A stretch of 46,238 nt of DNA from an uncultured Akkermansia sp. (GCA_964623555.1 CAZURF010000001.1:1617-47854), one strand, 5' to 3'. Counted from the stretch's first letter, positions 1 to 10,001 are shown. Notes: generated from the letters alone by a model not told the origin. Made by a program: numbers and translations.

Positions 1-963
1 ATATCCCTCGGAAACCTGCTCGGAGGCCTTTTCCAGCCGGGCGCGGAAAAAAGTGTTGGGGGTCGCCCGCGAGACCAGTTGCATCGCCTGAAGCAGGGTA
101 ACCCCGTTTCCCAAGAGATTCGCCAACGTCTGGCTGAACTGGGCGTAAAAGGCCGCCTCCAAGACCGGGCCGGCCACCGGAATTTTCACCCGGGCCTGGT
201 CCCACCAAAGCCGCCCCGCCGGTTTCTGGATCGCCTGCCAAAAACCAAGCCCGCCCAGCCCCAACAGCGCGAGCACCATCCAGCCCCATTGGACCAGAAA
301 GCGACTGGTGCCCAGCAAAAGCCGGGTGATCAGGGGCGGCTGTTGGGTTTTGAAAAGCATTTCCAACTGCGGCACCAGCACGACGACAAACAGACCCATG
401 AGCAGAATTCCCGCTCCGGTGACAAACATCGGATAGATCAGGGCCTGAACCACCCGGCCTTTTAGGTCGCTGAGCTTTTTCAGATACAGCACCTGCCGCT
501 GGAGGATGGGGCCCAGCGCACCACTCACCTCCCCCGCCGCCACCAGATTGCAGTAGAGGTCGGAAAAGCTTGGGGAGGCCACCTTCAGCGCCCGGGAAAG
601 ACTTACTCCCTCCCGAACCTGCGTCCGGAGACTTTCCGCGACCGCCTTCAGCGCGGAGGCCTCCGACCTTTGCTCCATCATCCGCAGCGCCCCCTCCAGT
701 TGCAGGCCGGCATCCAGAAGATCCCCCAACTCCTCCGTAAAGGAGATGATTTGCCCCTCGTTCATCTGACGCTCGGCCGGAGCCGCGCCCCCGGTGGAAG
801 ATTCATGACCCGACGCTTTGACAGCGCCCTCCAGCTGCAAGCGGATGGGCTGCAGGCGCTGCCGACTCAGCTGGGCCAACGCCTCCTGCCGGCTTTTGGC
901 CTCGAGGGTGCCGCGGGTCCGCCCGCCCCCGGGCACGATGGCTTCGTAGATGAACGCCGGCAT
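1..963 (-). CDS. gspF: Type II secretion/type IV pilus inner-membrane platform protein (GspF/PilC family), truncated by the window edge
   Basis: Not in the ORF track because it has no stop in the window. Manual translation from the ATG at 963 gives MPAFIYEAIVPGG..., FTEELGDLLDAGLQLEGAL, LYCNLVAAGEVSGALGPIL, VVQALIYP and FSQTLANLLGNGVTLLQAM, typical GspF repeats. Starts 1 nt after the gspE stop. Confidence 0.92.
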   Translation of the reverse strand, partial: MPAFIYEAIVPGGGRTRGTLEAKSRQEALAQLSRQRLQPIRLQLEGAVKASGHESSTGGAAPAERQMNEGQIISFTEELGDLLDAGLQLEGALRMMEQRSEASALKAVAESLRTQVREGVSLSRALKVASPSFSDLYCNLVAAGEVSGALGPILQRQVLYLKKLSDLKGRVVQALIYPMFVTGAGILLMGLFVVVLVPQLEMLFKTQQPPLITRLLLGTSRFLVQWGWMVLALLGLGGLGFWQAIQKPAGRLWWDQARVKIPVAGPVLEAAFYAQFSQTLANLLGNGVTLLQAMQLVSRATPNTFFRARLEKASEQVSEGY

Positions 964-964
964 G

Positions 965-2674
965 TCAGCCCGTGGAATTCTTGGCGGCTTCCGTGGCCGT
1001 CACCCGCACCACCTCCTCGATCGTGGTGGTGCCCTCCGCCACCTTGTCCCAGCCGTCCTCCCGCAGGCTCTTCATCCCCTGAGAGCGGGCCAGCTCCTTG
1101 AGGGCGGCGTTCGATTCCCGCCGCGTGATCATCTCCTGCAGTTGCGTGGTCACCAGGCAGATCTCGTAAATCGCGCGCCGGCCCTGGTAACCGGTCTGAC
1201 GGCACCGGTCGCACCCCACGGCCCGGTGGGCGGTGGCCGCCTTTTCCGGGGGAATGCCGATTTCCTTGATATATTCCTCGGAATAGGAACCTTTCTCGCA
1301 ACACCACGGGCAAAGCACCCGCACCAGCCGCTGGGCCAGGAACGCGCGCACGGAGGAGCCCACCAGAAACGGCTCGATTCCCATGTCCACCAGACGGGTG
1401 ATGCCGCCGATGGCGTCGTTGGTGTGCAGGGTGGAGAACACGAGATGCCCGGTGAGTGCGGCGCGGATGGCGATCTCCGTCGTCTCCACGTCCCGCATCT
1501 CTCCCACCATCACCACGTTTGGGTCGCCCCGCAGAATACTCCGCAGGCCGGCGGCAAAGGTCAGGTTAATCTCAGGCTTCACCGCGATCTGCACCACCCC
1601 GGGAATTTTGTTTTCCACCGGATCCTCGATCGTGACGATCCGCCGGTCCTTGGAGTTCAGGGAGGCCAAAAAAGTGTAAAGGGTGGTCGACTTTCCGGAT
1701 CCGGTCGGCCCGGTGATCAGGACGATCCCGTTGGGCAGCGCCAGCAGGCTGCGCACCTTCTGCTCGTTAACGGGACTGAGGCCCAGCTGGGCAAAATCGA
1801 AACGCTGCTGCCCGAGCAACCGCAGGCTGATCGACTCCCCCGTGACCGAGGGAATGGTCGCCACGCGGACGTCAATCGGGCGTCCCTCAAACTCGAGGTT
1901 GATCCGACCGTCCTGAGGCAGGCGCCGCTCCGCAATGTCCAGATGGGCCATGATCTTGATGCGGGAAATCAGGGAGGCCTGGAACAGCTTGATCCGGGGA
2001 GGCACGGGAATGTTCCGCAACACGCCGTCGATCCGGTAACGGACCTGCAGGTCGTCCTCCAGCGGCTCGATATGGATATCCGTCGCCCGCTCCTGGAGCG
2101 CCTCCCGGATGATCTGATTGACGAATTTAATCACCGAGGCCTCCGAATCGTCCGCATCCAGAATGGTGGTCTCCTGCTCTAGGTCGCTCGGGGGCGGCAG
2201 ATCGCCACGCCCCTCCAGGATCTCATCAAAGGTCTCCGCCCCGACGCCGTAACCCGCCCGCAGGCCGTCAAGGACGGCCCGGCGCGGGGCCAGCATCCAA
2301 CGGGTGTTCCCCTCCCAGAATCCGGCCAGGGCCTGCCGACCCAGGTGGTCAAACGGGTCAAACCCGAGCACGGGCAACGGCTCCCCCTCGGCGGGCGTGA
2401 TAGGAAGAAGACGGTGACGCAGCGCAATGCGCGCCGGAAACTTTTCGCGCATCGGGGCGGGAATCGGCGGAATTTCCTCCGACCAGACCGGCAAGCCCAG
2501 TTTTTCCCCGAGCTTCTGGGCGAACACTTTCTCATCCACCTGCCCGGTATCCAGGAGCGCGCTGATCATGGAACGCTGGTCGGTGGCGGCGGCGGCGACC
2601 GCCTGCTCGCAAGCGGGCAGATCCTTGGCGCCGGACTGTTCCGCCAGCTGCACCAGGGTCTGCCGGAGGTTCAT
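965..2674 (-). CDS. gspE: GspE/PulE/PilB family secretion ATPase
   Basis: ATDIHIEP, RYRIDG, ERRLPQDGR, Walker A GPTGSGKST, TIEDPVE, LRGDPNVVMVGEMRD, TGHLVFSTLHTND, Zn motif CPWC...CDRC. Confidence 0.95.
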   Translation of the reverse strand: MNLRQTLVQLAEQSGAKDLPACEQAVAAAATDQRSMISALLDTGQVDEKVFAQKLGEKLGLPVWSEEIPPIPAPMREKFPARIALRHRLLPITPAEGEPLPVLGFDPFDHLGRQALAGFWEGNTRWMLAPRRAVLDGLRAGYGVGAETFDEILEGRGDLPPPSDLEQETTILDADDSEASVIKFVNQIIREALQERATDIHIEPLEDDLQVRYRIDGVLRNIPVPPRIKLFQASLISRIKIMAHLDIAERRLPQDGRINLEFEGRPIDVRVATIPSVTGESISLRLLGQQRFDFAQLGLSPVNEQKVRSLLALPNGIVLITGPTGSGKSTTLYTFLASLNSKDRRIVTIEDPVENKIPGVVQIAVKPEINLTFAAGLRSILRGDPNVVMVGEMRDVETTEIAIRAALTGHLVFSTLHTNDAIGGITRLVDMGIEPFLVGSSVRAFLAQRLVRVLCPWCCEKGSYSEEYIKEIGIPPEKAATAHRAVGCDRCRQTGYQGRRAIYEICLVTTQLQEMITRRESNAALKELARSQGMKSLREDGWDKVAEGTTTIEEVVRVTATEAAKNSTG

Positions 2675-3798
2675 AGCGGCAACACCCGGGTCAAACGCTC
2701 GGGGTTCAGGCCGGCCAACTCTTTCGTCACAAAGCGCCCGTCCTCCCGGACCAGTTTGCCGTCAAAAAAGATCCGCCCGCCACCGTGGGCCCGGGCCTGC
2801 AGACAGACAAGGTCCCAATGAACCTGCGAACGATTGCCGTTGTCCGCTTCCTCATAGGCCTGTCCGGGGGTGAAATGAAAGGAGCCGGCGATCTTTTCGT
2901 CGAAAAGGATATCCCGGATGGGCTGATGGAGGTAGGGGTTCAGTCCCAGGGAGAATTCACCGATGTAACGGGCGCCGGCATCGCTGTCGAAAATCTCCTC
3001 GAGCTGCCGGCTCTTGTCCCCCGCCCGCGCCTCCACGATCTTTCCCCGGGAAAATTTCAACCGGACATTGTCGAAGGGAATCCCCCGGTATACCGCCGGC
3101 GCATTGAAGGTGACCTGTCCTTCCACGCTGTCCTTCACGGGCGCGGTGAACACCTCGCCGTCGGGAATGTTTCTCTCCCCCACGCAGGGAATGATCCCGA
3201 TTCCCTTGATCGAGAAGCGCAGATCGGTGCCCGGGCCGGTGATATGGACCCGGTTCGTCCGACGCATCCGCCGCACCAACGGTTGCACTGCCCGGGCCAG
3301 CTTCCGGTAATCGAGGGTGCAGACCCGGAAATAAAGGTCCTCAAAAGCCTCCGTGCTCATGCCCGCCGCCTGGGCCATGGCCGGAGTGGGCCAGCGCAGC
3401 ACGACCCAGCGGGTGTGGTTGATCCGGCGATCGGAAATGGGGCGTAGGATTTTGCCGGCCAGTTTCTGCTTTTCGGCGGGGACATCGCTGGATTCAAAGG
3501 CGTTCTGGGAACCCCGCAAAGCGATGTAGGCCTGCATCTCCCTCATTTTTTTCAGGTCGTGGCGCAGGCTGAATTTCAGCGCCCGCTCCGTCACCCCGCG
3601 GCCCAGTTCGCGCGACACCTTGCCGGCATGCAAATGAACCAAGGGGTCCGCCCCCCGGGCGCGCACGGAGCGAATCAGCTCGACCATGAAATCCTCGGGA
3701 ATTTCCGACGCATCGATCCAGACCCGGTCTCCCCGGCGCAGGGCGGTGGAGTATCCCGTGAGAAGATCCGCCAACCGACGGTAGCGGGGCTCCTTCAC
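2671..3798 (-). CDS. Aminopeptidase, M29 (AmpS/aminopeptidase T) family
   Basis: NIPDGEVFTAP, IGEFSLG, ILFDEKIAGSFHFTPGQAY and SQVHWDLV metal-binding motifs. ATGA overlap with gspE. Confidence 0.92.
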   Translation of the reverse strand: MKEPRYRRLADLLTGYSTALRRGDRVWIDASEIPEDFMVELIRSVRARGADPLVHLHAGKVSRELGRGVTERALKFSLRHDLKKMREMQAYIALRGSQNAFESSDVPAEKQKLAGKILRPISDRRINHTRWVVLRWPTPAMAQAAGMSTEAFEDLYFRVCTLDYRKLARAVQPLVRRMRRTNRVHITGPGTDLRFSIKGIGIIPCVGERNIPDGEVFTAPVKDSVEGQVTFNAPAVYRGIPFDNVRLKFSRGKIVEARAGDKSRQLEEIFDSDAGARYIGEFSLGLNPYLHQPIRDILFDEKIAGSFHFTPGQAYEEADNGNRSQVHWDLVCLQARAHGGGRIFFDGKLVREDGRFVTKELAGLNPERLTRVLPL

Positions 3799-3842
3799 GC
3801 CCCCCTTCCCCCCGGAAAGGCCGTGCGGTATCTTAAGGTCAC

Positions 3843-4427
3843 ATGTCGGCTCATCCCTGTAAGTTTCAACCAGTCGCCATCTTTGGCAAGCTGGCCGCTG
3901 TCGTTCTTCTTATGTTTCCCGCTTCGCTTCCGGCCCAGGAGCAGGCGGGAGGAAAACTGGCCGGGCGGGCAACGATTCAACTGCGTAACGCCTCCTATCG
4001 TTCCGATTTGGGAGGCATGGATCTCGTCCTGGCCCCCACCAACCTCATCCCGGAGATCCGCCGACTGCGCATGGAGACCTGGCGCACCGACGGGCTCGCC
4101 GTCACCCGCAGCCCGGACGGGGAGGAAAACCCCGTGGGAGTGCGCATCGATTTCGCCGACGGCTACAAAAATTTGGATCTCAAGGCCCTCGGCCAGGCCG
4201 CCGCCAACGCGGCGACCGCCCGGACCAAAACCTCCACCAACGGGGAGTTCCTTTTCACCAATGCCCCCCCCGGAAAGCACGCCCTGTACGGGCAGTACAA
4301 AAGCCGCTACGCCGTCGCCTACTGGCTCCTGGAAGTGGAGATCCCGAAAAATCAGAAGATCCGCCTGGACCTGACGGAAACCAACGCGGCGGAAGTCTTC
4401 AACCGCTTCGAAAAGAAGGCTCCTTAA
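3843..4427 (+). CDS. Secreted hypothetical protein with a carboxypeptidase-regulatory/transthyretin-like beta-sandwich C-terminus
   Basis: Hydrophobic signal-like segment ending SLPA-QE. TKTSTNGEFLFTNAPPGKHALY resembles the T-D-x-x-G-x-F-x-F-x-x-L-P-P-G-x-Y pattern. Fills the gap between neighbours; the start is uncertain. Confidence 0.65.
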   Translation: MSAHPCKFQPVAIFGKLAAVVLLMFPASLPAQEQAGGKLAGRATIQLRNASYRSDLGGMDLVLAPTNLIPEIRRLRMETWRTDGLAVTRSPDGEENPVGVRIDFADGYKNLDLKALGQAAANAATARTKTSTNGEFLFTNAPPGKHALYGQYKSRYAVAYWLLEVEIPKNQKIRLDLTETNAAEVFNRFEKKAP

Positions 4428-6184
4428 CCGTTGGCCGACTGCCACAGGCGCCAGTAAGCGCCTTTCTGCGCGAGGAGTTCCTCGCCTTTTCCTTCCTCGA
4501 CCAACCTGCCTTTTTCCAGCACCAGAATCCGGTCCGCCCGGTGGGCCGCATGCAACCGGTGCGTCACCAGCAGGGTGGTGGGGCGGGTCATCAACTTGCC
4601 CAACACCCCGAGCAGCTCCTTTTCCGTGGCCGCATCCAGCGCGCTGGTCGGCTCATCCAGAAGAAGAATCGGCGCATCGCGCAAAAAGGCCCGGGCGATT
4701 CCGATCCTCTGGCGCTGCCCTCCACTCAACATCACCCCCCGCTCCCCGACCTGGGTGTCATAGCCCTGCGGAAGTTGCCGGATAAAACCGTCCGCTTGGG
4801 CATCCTGGGCCGCCTGCTGGATTTCCCGGAACGAAGCCCCCGGCCGGCCGTAAGCGATGTTCTCCCGCACGGTTCCGTTGAGCAGCACGGTTTCCTGCAA
4901 CACCAGCGCCTGGCGGGTGCGCAGGTCTTTTTTCGCAAGATGGCGCAGGTCGATGCCGTGAAAGCGGATCGAACCCTCCGTCGGGTCGTAAAACCTCGGC
5001 AGGAGGGAAAGCAAGGTGGTCTTGCCGGCCCCGGTGCCCCCCACGATGGCGACAGACTCCCCGGGGGCCACCGTGAAGTTCAGCCCGTGCAACACCTCGT
5101 CCCCCCGCGGGTATCGGAATCCCACGCCGCGAAACTCAATCGCCCCGGCGCCGGCCGGCAGCCTCTCGGGCTTGGCGGGATCCGGCACCTCGTCGGGCGT
5201 ATCCAGAACCTCAAAGACCCGCTGGGCCGCCCCCGCCGCCCCCTCCATGGACCAAGCGGTGTAACTCAACTGCTCCAGCGGCGAATACAACATCGCAAGA
5301 TAGGCCAGGAAGACCAGGAGATCGCCAAGGGTCATTTTCCCCGCCGCCACTTCCCCCGCCCCGGCCCACAGCAGCGCCGCCGTGCCCGCCGCCAGCAGCG
5401 TGCCGACCACCAGCGTGCTGGCCACATTCGTCATCGAGAGACGCAGGTTAGCCTCCAGCGATTCCCTCGCCTCCCGGCGGAACAGATCCACCTCATGCGA
5501 TTCCCGGCCGAAGGCATGCACCACCCGGATACTGGAAAGGCCCTCGTTGGCCCGGGCGAGCACGTCGCTCTCCTGCGCCTGCAGGGCGGCGGTCTCCCGC
5601 CGGATCCGGCCGGCAAAACGGGCGATGGCCAGCATCAGGAACGGCACGACCGCCAGAGAGAGAAACGCCAGGAGCGGACTCATCCGGAACATCACTGCAA
5701 AGGTTCCGATCAGCGTGAGGACGGAGCCCAGGATGGTGGCGAAACCGCGGTTGAAGTAGGTCTGGATCGCCTGGGCATCGTAGGCCACCCGGAAACTGGA
5801 GTCGGTGCTCCGCCGGGCATCGTGGAAACGCAAAGGCAAGGACTGTAGGTAGGCGTACAATTCCGTGCGCACCCGCAGGAGCGCTTTGAGGCCGATTTCG
5901 ATCAACGCAAAGGTTTGGGCCAGATTCACCGCCCCCCAAAGAAGATGGATTCCGATGAGGGCGCCGCACGTCAGGGCCAGCGCGGCGCCAAAGGACCAAG
6001 TGCCGGGCAGAAAGGGCACCGCAATATTTCCCTGCGGGGATGCCAGCACCCCGTCGACCACGAACTTGAGCGGCCAGGGTTTGAGCAAATTGAGGCCGGT
6101 GGCCAGGCCCAGCAAAAGGAAGGCCCCCAAAATCCTTCCGGCAAACGGCCGGTAATATCCCAAAATCCGGAACACCGGTTTCAC
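4424..6184 (-). CDS. ABC exporter, fused TMD+NBD (MsbA/MdlB/NdvA-like)
   Basis: Six TM-like segments, Walker A GGTGAGKTT, signature LSGGQRQR, Walker B ILLLDEPTSALD, H-loop VTHRL. Start moved to the GTG at 6184 (GTGA overlap with the upstream stop). Confidence 0.93.
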   Translation of the reverse strand: MKPVFRILGYYRPFAGRILGAFLLLGLATGLNLLKPWPLKFVVDGVLASPQGNIAVPFLPGTWSFGAALALTCGALIGIHLLWGAVNLAQTFALIEIGLKALLRVRTELYAYLQSLPLRFHDARRSTDSSFRVAYDAQAIQTYFNRGFATILGSVLTLIGTFAVMFRMSPLLAFLSLAVVPFLMLAIARFAGRIRRETAALQAQESDVLARANEGLSSIRVVHAFGRESHEVDLFRREARESLEANLRLSMTNVASTLVVGTLLAAGTAALLWAGAGEVAAGKMTLGDLLVFLAYLAMLYSPLEQLSYTAWSMEGAAGAAQRVFEVLDTPDEVPDPAKPERLPAGAGAIEFRGVGFRYPRGDEVLHGLNFTVAPGESVAIVGGTGAGKTTLLSLLPRFYDPTEGSIRFHGIDLRHLAKKDLRTRQALVLQETVLLNGTVRENIAYGRPGASFREIQQAAQDAQADGFIRQLPQGYDTQVGERGVMLSGGQRQRIGIARAFLRDAPILLLDEPTSALDAATEKELLGVLGKLMTRPTTLLVTHRLHAAHRADRILVLEKGRLVEEGKGEELLAQKGAYWRLWQSANG

Positions 6185-8760
6185 ATTTGCGGATTCCTGC
6201 CCGAAACCGGCATCAGCTGGGCCCGACGGGCGGCGACCCGGACCAGGTCGGCAACCCGCCGCCGCAGTTGCCACCCGGTCCAGAGCCAACCGATGCCCGC
6301 CAGGGCGAGAATGCCGAGGAAGAAGGGAAGGGCCGCCGGATAGGCCAGCCAGACCAGGACGTCCGCGGTAATTGCGGTGGCGGCAAACAGCACGCTGAAG
6401 GTGCTGGGCACCATGGCTTGGTGGATCCGGGTGAGACGCCGCCCGTGCGGATAGATTTCGGTGAGCGTGCGCAGGCGGATGTGCCACCAGCGGTTGGCAA
6501 AAATCTGCACGTCCCACGGGTTCCAACCGGTATCGAGGGAATATTTCCAACCCTCCTCCTCCATGCTTTTCACCACCTCCTCCAGCAGTTGCGAACGGTC
6601 TCGGCCCTGCTCGCTCCAGAAGGAGAGCATGCGGGACTGGGTCAGCGGGATTTTCGGCCCGGCATCCTTCTCCGGCACCATGGCCACCGAATCCGGCGTG
6701 CGCTTCCCCTTGAGCCAGGTGAAGTAGCGTGCCCAGTCGCGCACCAGCGGTTGGGTCAGGGCGAGATAGAACACCGTCAACCGGGCAAGGATCGTGTCAT
6801 GTTTCGGCTCGATCCGTGCGGTGACCATGAAGGACAAGGCGGGAATCATCGCCGCGGCCAGCATGAGGAGCGGGAGGATCCGGAGCGGCTCGATCTGGAT
6901 CGAGACCAGGAAGATAAAAAGAGTCAGGGCATTCCATTCGAGGCCGCTGACCAGCTGGGCCCACGGGGAAGCCGGCTTGGGATACAGACACTGGAACAGG
7001 CCGGTGCCGAAGACGCCGTGGTAAATGATCGGCCGGTGAAAAACGCGCTCGAACCTGGGCAGCCCGTAGATCACTCCCTTCCAACGGGCCGACCCCTGCG
7101 GATCAAAATACTGCAGATGCTTGAACCGGAGCATGGCCTCCGCCTCGCCGTATCCCTTCTGCTGGCGAAAGTAGGCCTGCATCGTGAAGCGGCGGTGGTG
7201 CCAGACCATCGCGCTGGGACTGAAACCGATCCGGTGGCCGGCCTGCATCAGCCGCCAGCAAAGATCCACATCGTCCCCGGCGGTACGGAAATCAGGATCG
7301 AAACCCCCCACCTCCTCCAACGCCCACTTCCAATAGGCCATGTTGCATCCGGGAATGTGCTCCGCCTCCGTGTCGCTCAGGAGGACGTGGGTCGGCGCCC
7401 CGGCGCTGGCCGCCACCGCTGCGGGAATCGGCCCACGCGCCGGCGGATTCAGGTTGGGTCCACCCACCGCGACGTAGTGGGTGTTCAGCAACGTGCCCAC
7501 GAGAAAATAGAGCCAATCCGGATCCGGCATGCAGTCGGAGTCGGTGTAGGCGATGACCTCGCCGGCGGCCGCCTGGCAACCGACATTTCGCGCCACCGAG
7601 AGTCCGCGATTCGGCTGTAGGATATTTTTCACCCCGGGAAATTCCGCCGCGATGGACTGGGTGTGATCCTTGGAGCCGTCGTCAACCAGGATGACTTCGT
7701 AATCCGGATAGTTCAGTTTCTGCAGGGCATCGAGACATCCCCGCAACGTGGCCGCCCCGTTGTAGCTGCACACCACCACGGAAACCTTGGGCGTCCGGGG
7801 CAGCGGAAACTTGTCCACCAAGGCCGTGCGGGGCTCAAGGGTCTTCGGGGCCAGCCGCCGGTAGGAAAGCTTCGGCGTCCGGTCTTTCCGGACGAGTCCG
7901 AAGGCCCAGTCCTCCACGTCGATCCCGTCGGTGAACCATTCGTCGGTCCACGAAAAGAGAATTGTCCCCGCCAGCCCGCCGCGGAACACCTCGTCCCAGT
8001 GGAGCTCCAACAGGTTGGCCTGTTCCTCCTCCGGATGGCGGATCGTGTCCATGCCGAACTCGCCAAGCACCAGGGGCCGGTCCTCGGCCAGGTTCTGCAG
8101 GCGGCCAAGATACGCCCGTAGGTCGGGAGCCCGGTGCAGATACACGTTGTAGGAAAGAAAATCCGTCTCCTTCGGCAACAGGTATTCCGTCGGGGGAAAA
8201 TTCGCGTACGCGGCCAGGGCGGCTGCGTCCTCGTCCTTCACGATCCGCGCCAGGGAGTCGAGGAAGGTCTCCACGCGCTGGGGGCCGTACCAGCGGACAA
8301 GATCGGGCGGAATCTCGTTGTCGACGTAGTACCCGAGGATCGCCGGATGTCCCGCATGGGCTTTCGCGGCGCGCCGCACGCTGGCGCGGATTTCCTTCCG
8401 GACCGAGCCGTCATCGAGGAACAGCACCCGCCGCTGCCACGGGACCGTGACCATCACCCGGAGCCCATGCTCGGCCGCCTGGTCCAAAAACCAGCGGGGA
8501 GGCGGATGATAAATCCTCAGCGTGTTGAACCCCGCCGCCGCCACCAGACGGAAATCCCGCGCCGCTTTGGAGGGATTGCCCAGATGGTCGTCCCCGTCCC
8601 GGAACGGACCATAGGTGACCCCCTGCAGAAAAAACTTCGTGTCCCCCGAGAAGAGGAACTTCCCGCGGGCGGCCACCCTCGGGCCGCTCAAGGCGGTCGG
8701 CCGCACCCTCACCTCCGGGGAGGACAGGTCCGGAAACAGCGGGATCGGGTCGGAACTCAC
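6181..8760 (-). CDS. Fusion of a clan GH-A (GH2-like) TIM-barrel glycoside hydrolase, a GT2 glycosyltransferase and a C-terminal membrane region
   Basis: GFNTLRIY, acid/base VDNEIP and nucleophile VLGEFG. Then GT2 motifs VSVVVCSYN, VDDGS, YTDSD, PGCNMA, GDDVD and RQQKGYG, followed by several TM helices. No signal peptide. Confidence 0.88.
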   Translation of the reverse strand: MSSDPIPLFPDLSSPEVRVRPTALSGPRVAARGKFLFSGDTKFFLQGVTYGPFRDGDDHLGNPSKAARDFRLVAAAGFNTLRIYHPPPRWFLDQAAEHGLRVMVTVPWQRRVLFLDDGSVRKEIRASVRRAAKAHAGHPAILGYYVDNEIPPDLVRWYGPQRVETFLDSLARIVKDEDAAALAAYANFPPTEYLLPKETDFLSYNVYLHRAPDLRAYLGRLQNLAEDRPLVLGEFGMDTIRHPEEEQANLLELHWDEVFRGGLAGTILFSWTDEWFTDGIDVEDWAFGLVRKDRTPKLSYRRLAPKTLEPRTALVDKFPLPRTPKVSVVVCSYNGAATLRGCLDALQKLNYPDYEVILVDDGSKDHTQSIAAEFPGVKNILQPNRGLSVARNVGCQAAAGEVIAYTDSDCMPDPDWLYFLVGTLLNTHYVAVGGPNLNPPARGPIPAAVAASAGAPTHVLLSDTEAEHIPGCNMAYWKWALEEVGGFDPDFRTAGDDVDLCWRLMQAGHRIGFSPSAMVWHHRRFTMQAYFRQQKGYGEAEAMLRFKHLQYFDPQGSARWKGVIYGLPRFERVFHRPIIYHGVFGTGLFQCLYPKPASPWAQLVSGLEWNALTLFIFLVSIQIEPLRILPLLMLAAAMIPALSFMVTARIEPKHDTILARLTVFYLALTQPLVRDWARYFTWLKGKRTPDSVAMVPEKDAGPKIPLTQSRMLSFWSEQGRDRSQLLEEVVKSMEEEGWKYSLDTGWNPWDVQIFANRWWHIRLRTLTEIYPHGRRLTRIHQAMVPSTFSVLFAATAITADVLVWLAYPAALPFFLGILALAGIGWLWTGWQLRRRVADLVRVAARRAQLMPVSGRNPQM

Positions 8761-10001
8761 TCCCGCAGCTGACCGTGGCCGGTCACCACGTACTTGTACG
8801 AGGTCAGCTCCTCCAGTCCCATCGGGCCGCGTGCGTGGATTTTGTCCGTGCTGATGCCGATTTCCGCACCGAAACCGAACTCCCCGCCGTCTGTGAACCG
8901 CGTCGAAGCGTTCCAGTACACCGCGGCGGAGTCGGCCTCCCTCAGGAAACGTTCCGCCGTCGCCCGGTCCTGTGTGACGATCGCATCGGAATGATGACTG
9001 CCGTGGCGGGCCAGGTGCTCGAGGGCCCCGTCGAGACCGTCCACCACGCGGATGGCCATGGTGAGATCGAGATACTCCGTTTCCCAGTTGGCCGGAGGGG
9101 ATAGTTTCTCCCCCGCAGCCCGGGCCGCCGCCTCATCGCCCAAGAGCTTCACCCCCTTGGCGTGGAGAGCCCGGACCAGCCGCGGAAGGATTTTTTCCGC
9201 CCCCGCGCGGTCCACCAACAGGGTCTCGGCCGCGTTGCAGGTGGCGGGACGCTGGCACTTGGAGTTCACCACGATGGCCTCGGCCATGGCGGGATCGGCG
9301 TCGCGGTGCACGAACACGTGGCAGACGCCGTGGAAATGCTTGATCACCGGAACGCGGGCGTGCTCCAACACGGTCGCGATCAGCCCGTGGCCTCCCCGGG
9401 GAATCAGCAAATCCAGCACGCCGTCGAGACGACACATCTCGGGAATGCTCTCCCGGCTTTCATCCTCCACCAGCGCGACCACCTCGGCCGCCAGTTTCTG
9501 TTTGCGGGCCGCTTCCCCCAGAGCCAGCGCCAGCGCCCGGTTGCTGTGCCGCGCCTCCCGCCCTCCCCGCAAAAGAACGGCGTTGCCCGTTTTGAGGCAA
9601 AGGACCGCGCTGTCCACGGTCACGTTGGGACGGGATTCATAAATGATTCCGATCAGACCGATGGGCACACGGATCTTGGCAATCTCCAGGCCGTTGGGGC
9701 GCTGCCATTTTCGCACCACCTCTCCCACCGGATCGGGCAACCGGACGACCTGCCGGACTCCCTCCACCATCTCCGTGAACCTCTTCTCCGTCAGTTCCAG
9801 GCGATCCAGCAGGGCGCCGGTCAGCCCGGCCGCCCGACCGGCTTCCACATCGCGACGGTTGGCCTCGAGAATTTTGGCTTTTTGGGCGGTCAGTTCATCC
9901 GCCATCGCCAGGAGAAGGGAGTTTTTCTCGTCCGTGGAAAGGACCGCCAGCCGACGCGCCGCCTCCTTGGCCCGGAGGGCCAGTTCCCGCACCGCGCTCA
10001 T
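8757..10001 (-). CDS. proA: Glutamate-5-semialdehyde dehydrogenase (gamma-glutamyl phosphate reductase)
   Basis: IIYESRPNVT, IPRGG, catalytic TCNAAET, NASTRFTDGGEFGFGAEIGIST, HARGPMGL. Confidence 0.97.
   Translation of the reverse strand: MSAVRELALRAKEAARRLAVLSTDEKNSLLLAMADELTAQKAKILEANRRDVEAGRAAGLTGALLDRLELTEKRFTEMVEGVRQVVRLPDPVGEVVRKWQRPNGLEIAKIRVPIGLIGIIYESRPNVTVDSAVLCLKTGNAVLLRGGREARHSNRALALALGEAARKQKLAAEVVALVEDESRESIPEMCRLDGVLDLLIPRGGHGLIATVLEHARVPVIKHFHGVCHVFVHRDADPAMAEAIVVNSKCQRPATCNAAETLLVDRAGAEKILPRLVRALHAKGVKLLGDEAAARAAGEKLSPPANWETEYLDLTMAIRVVDGLDGALEHLARHGSHHSDAIVTQDRATAERFLREADSAAVYWNASTRFTDGGEFGFGAEIGISTDKIHARGPMGLEELTSYKYVVTGHGQLRE

Noticed and set aside
950-2182. Long antisense ORFs (410 aa here; also 4541-5848, 6187-7620, 9162-10439, 18389-19870, 22676-24103, 25225-26703, 35406-36854)
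   Set aside because: They are shadow frames opposite well-supported genes in high-GC DNA and contain no recognisable motifs.
6185-6550. N-terminal extensions in the ORF track for the ABC exporter (also proB, STAS, WG-repeat, ccsA, GH13, ftsK)
   Set aside because: They overlap neighbouring genes or promoters. Downstream starts fit family lengths and coupling patterns better.
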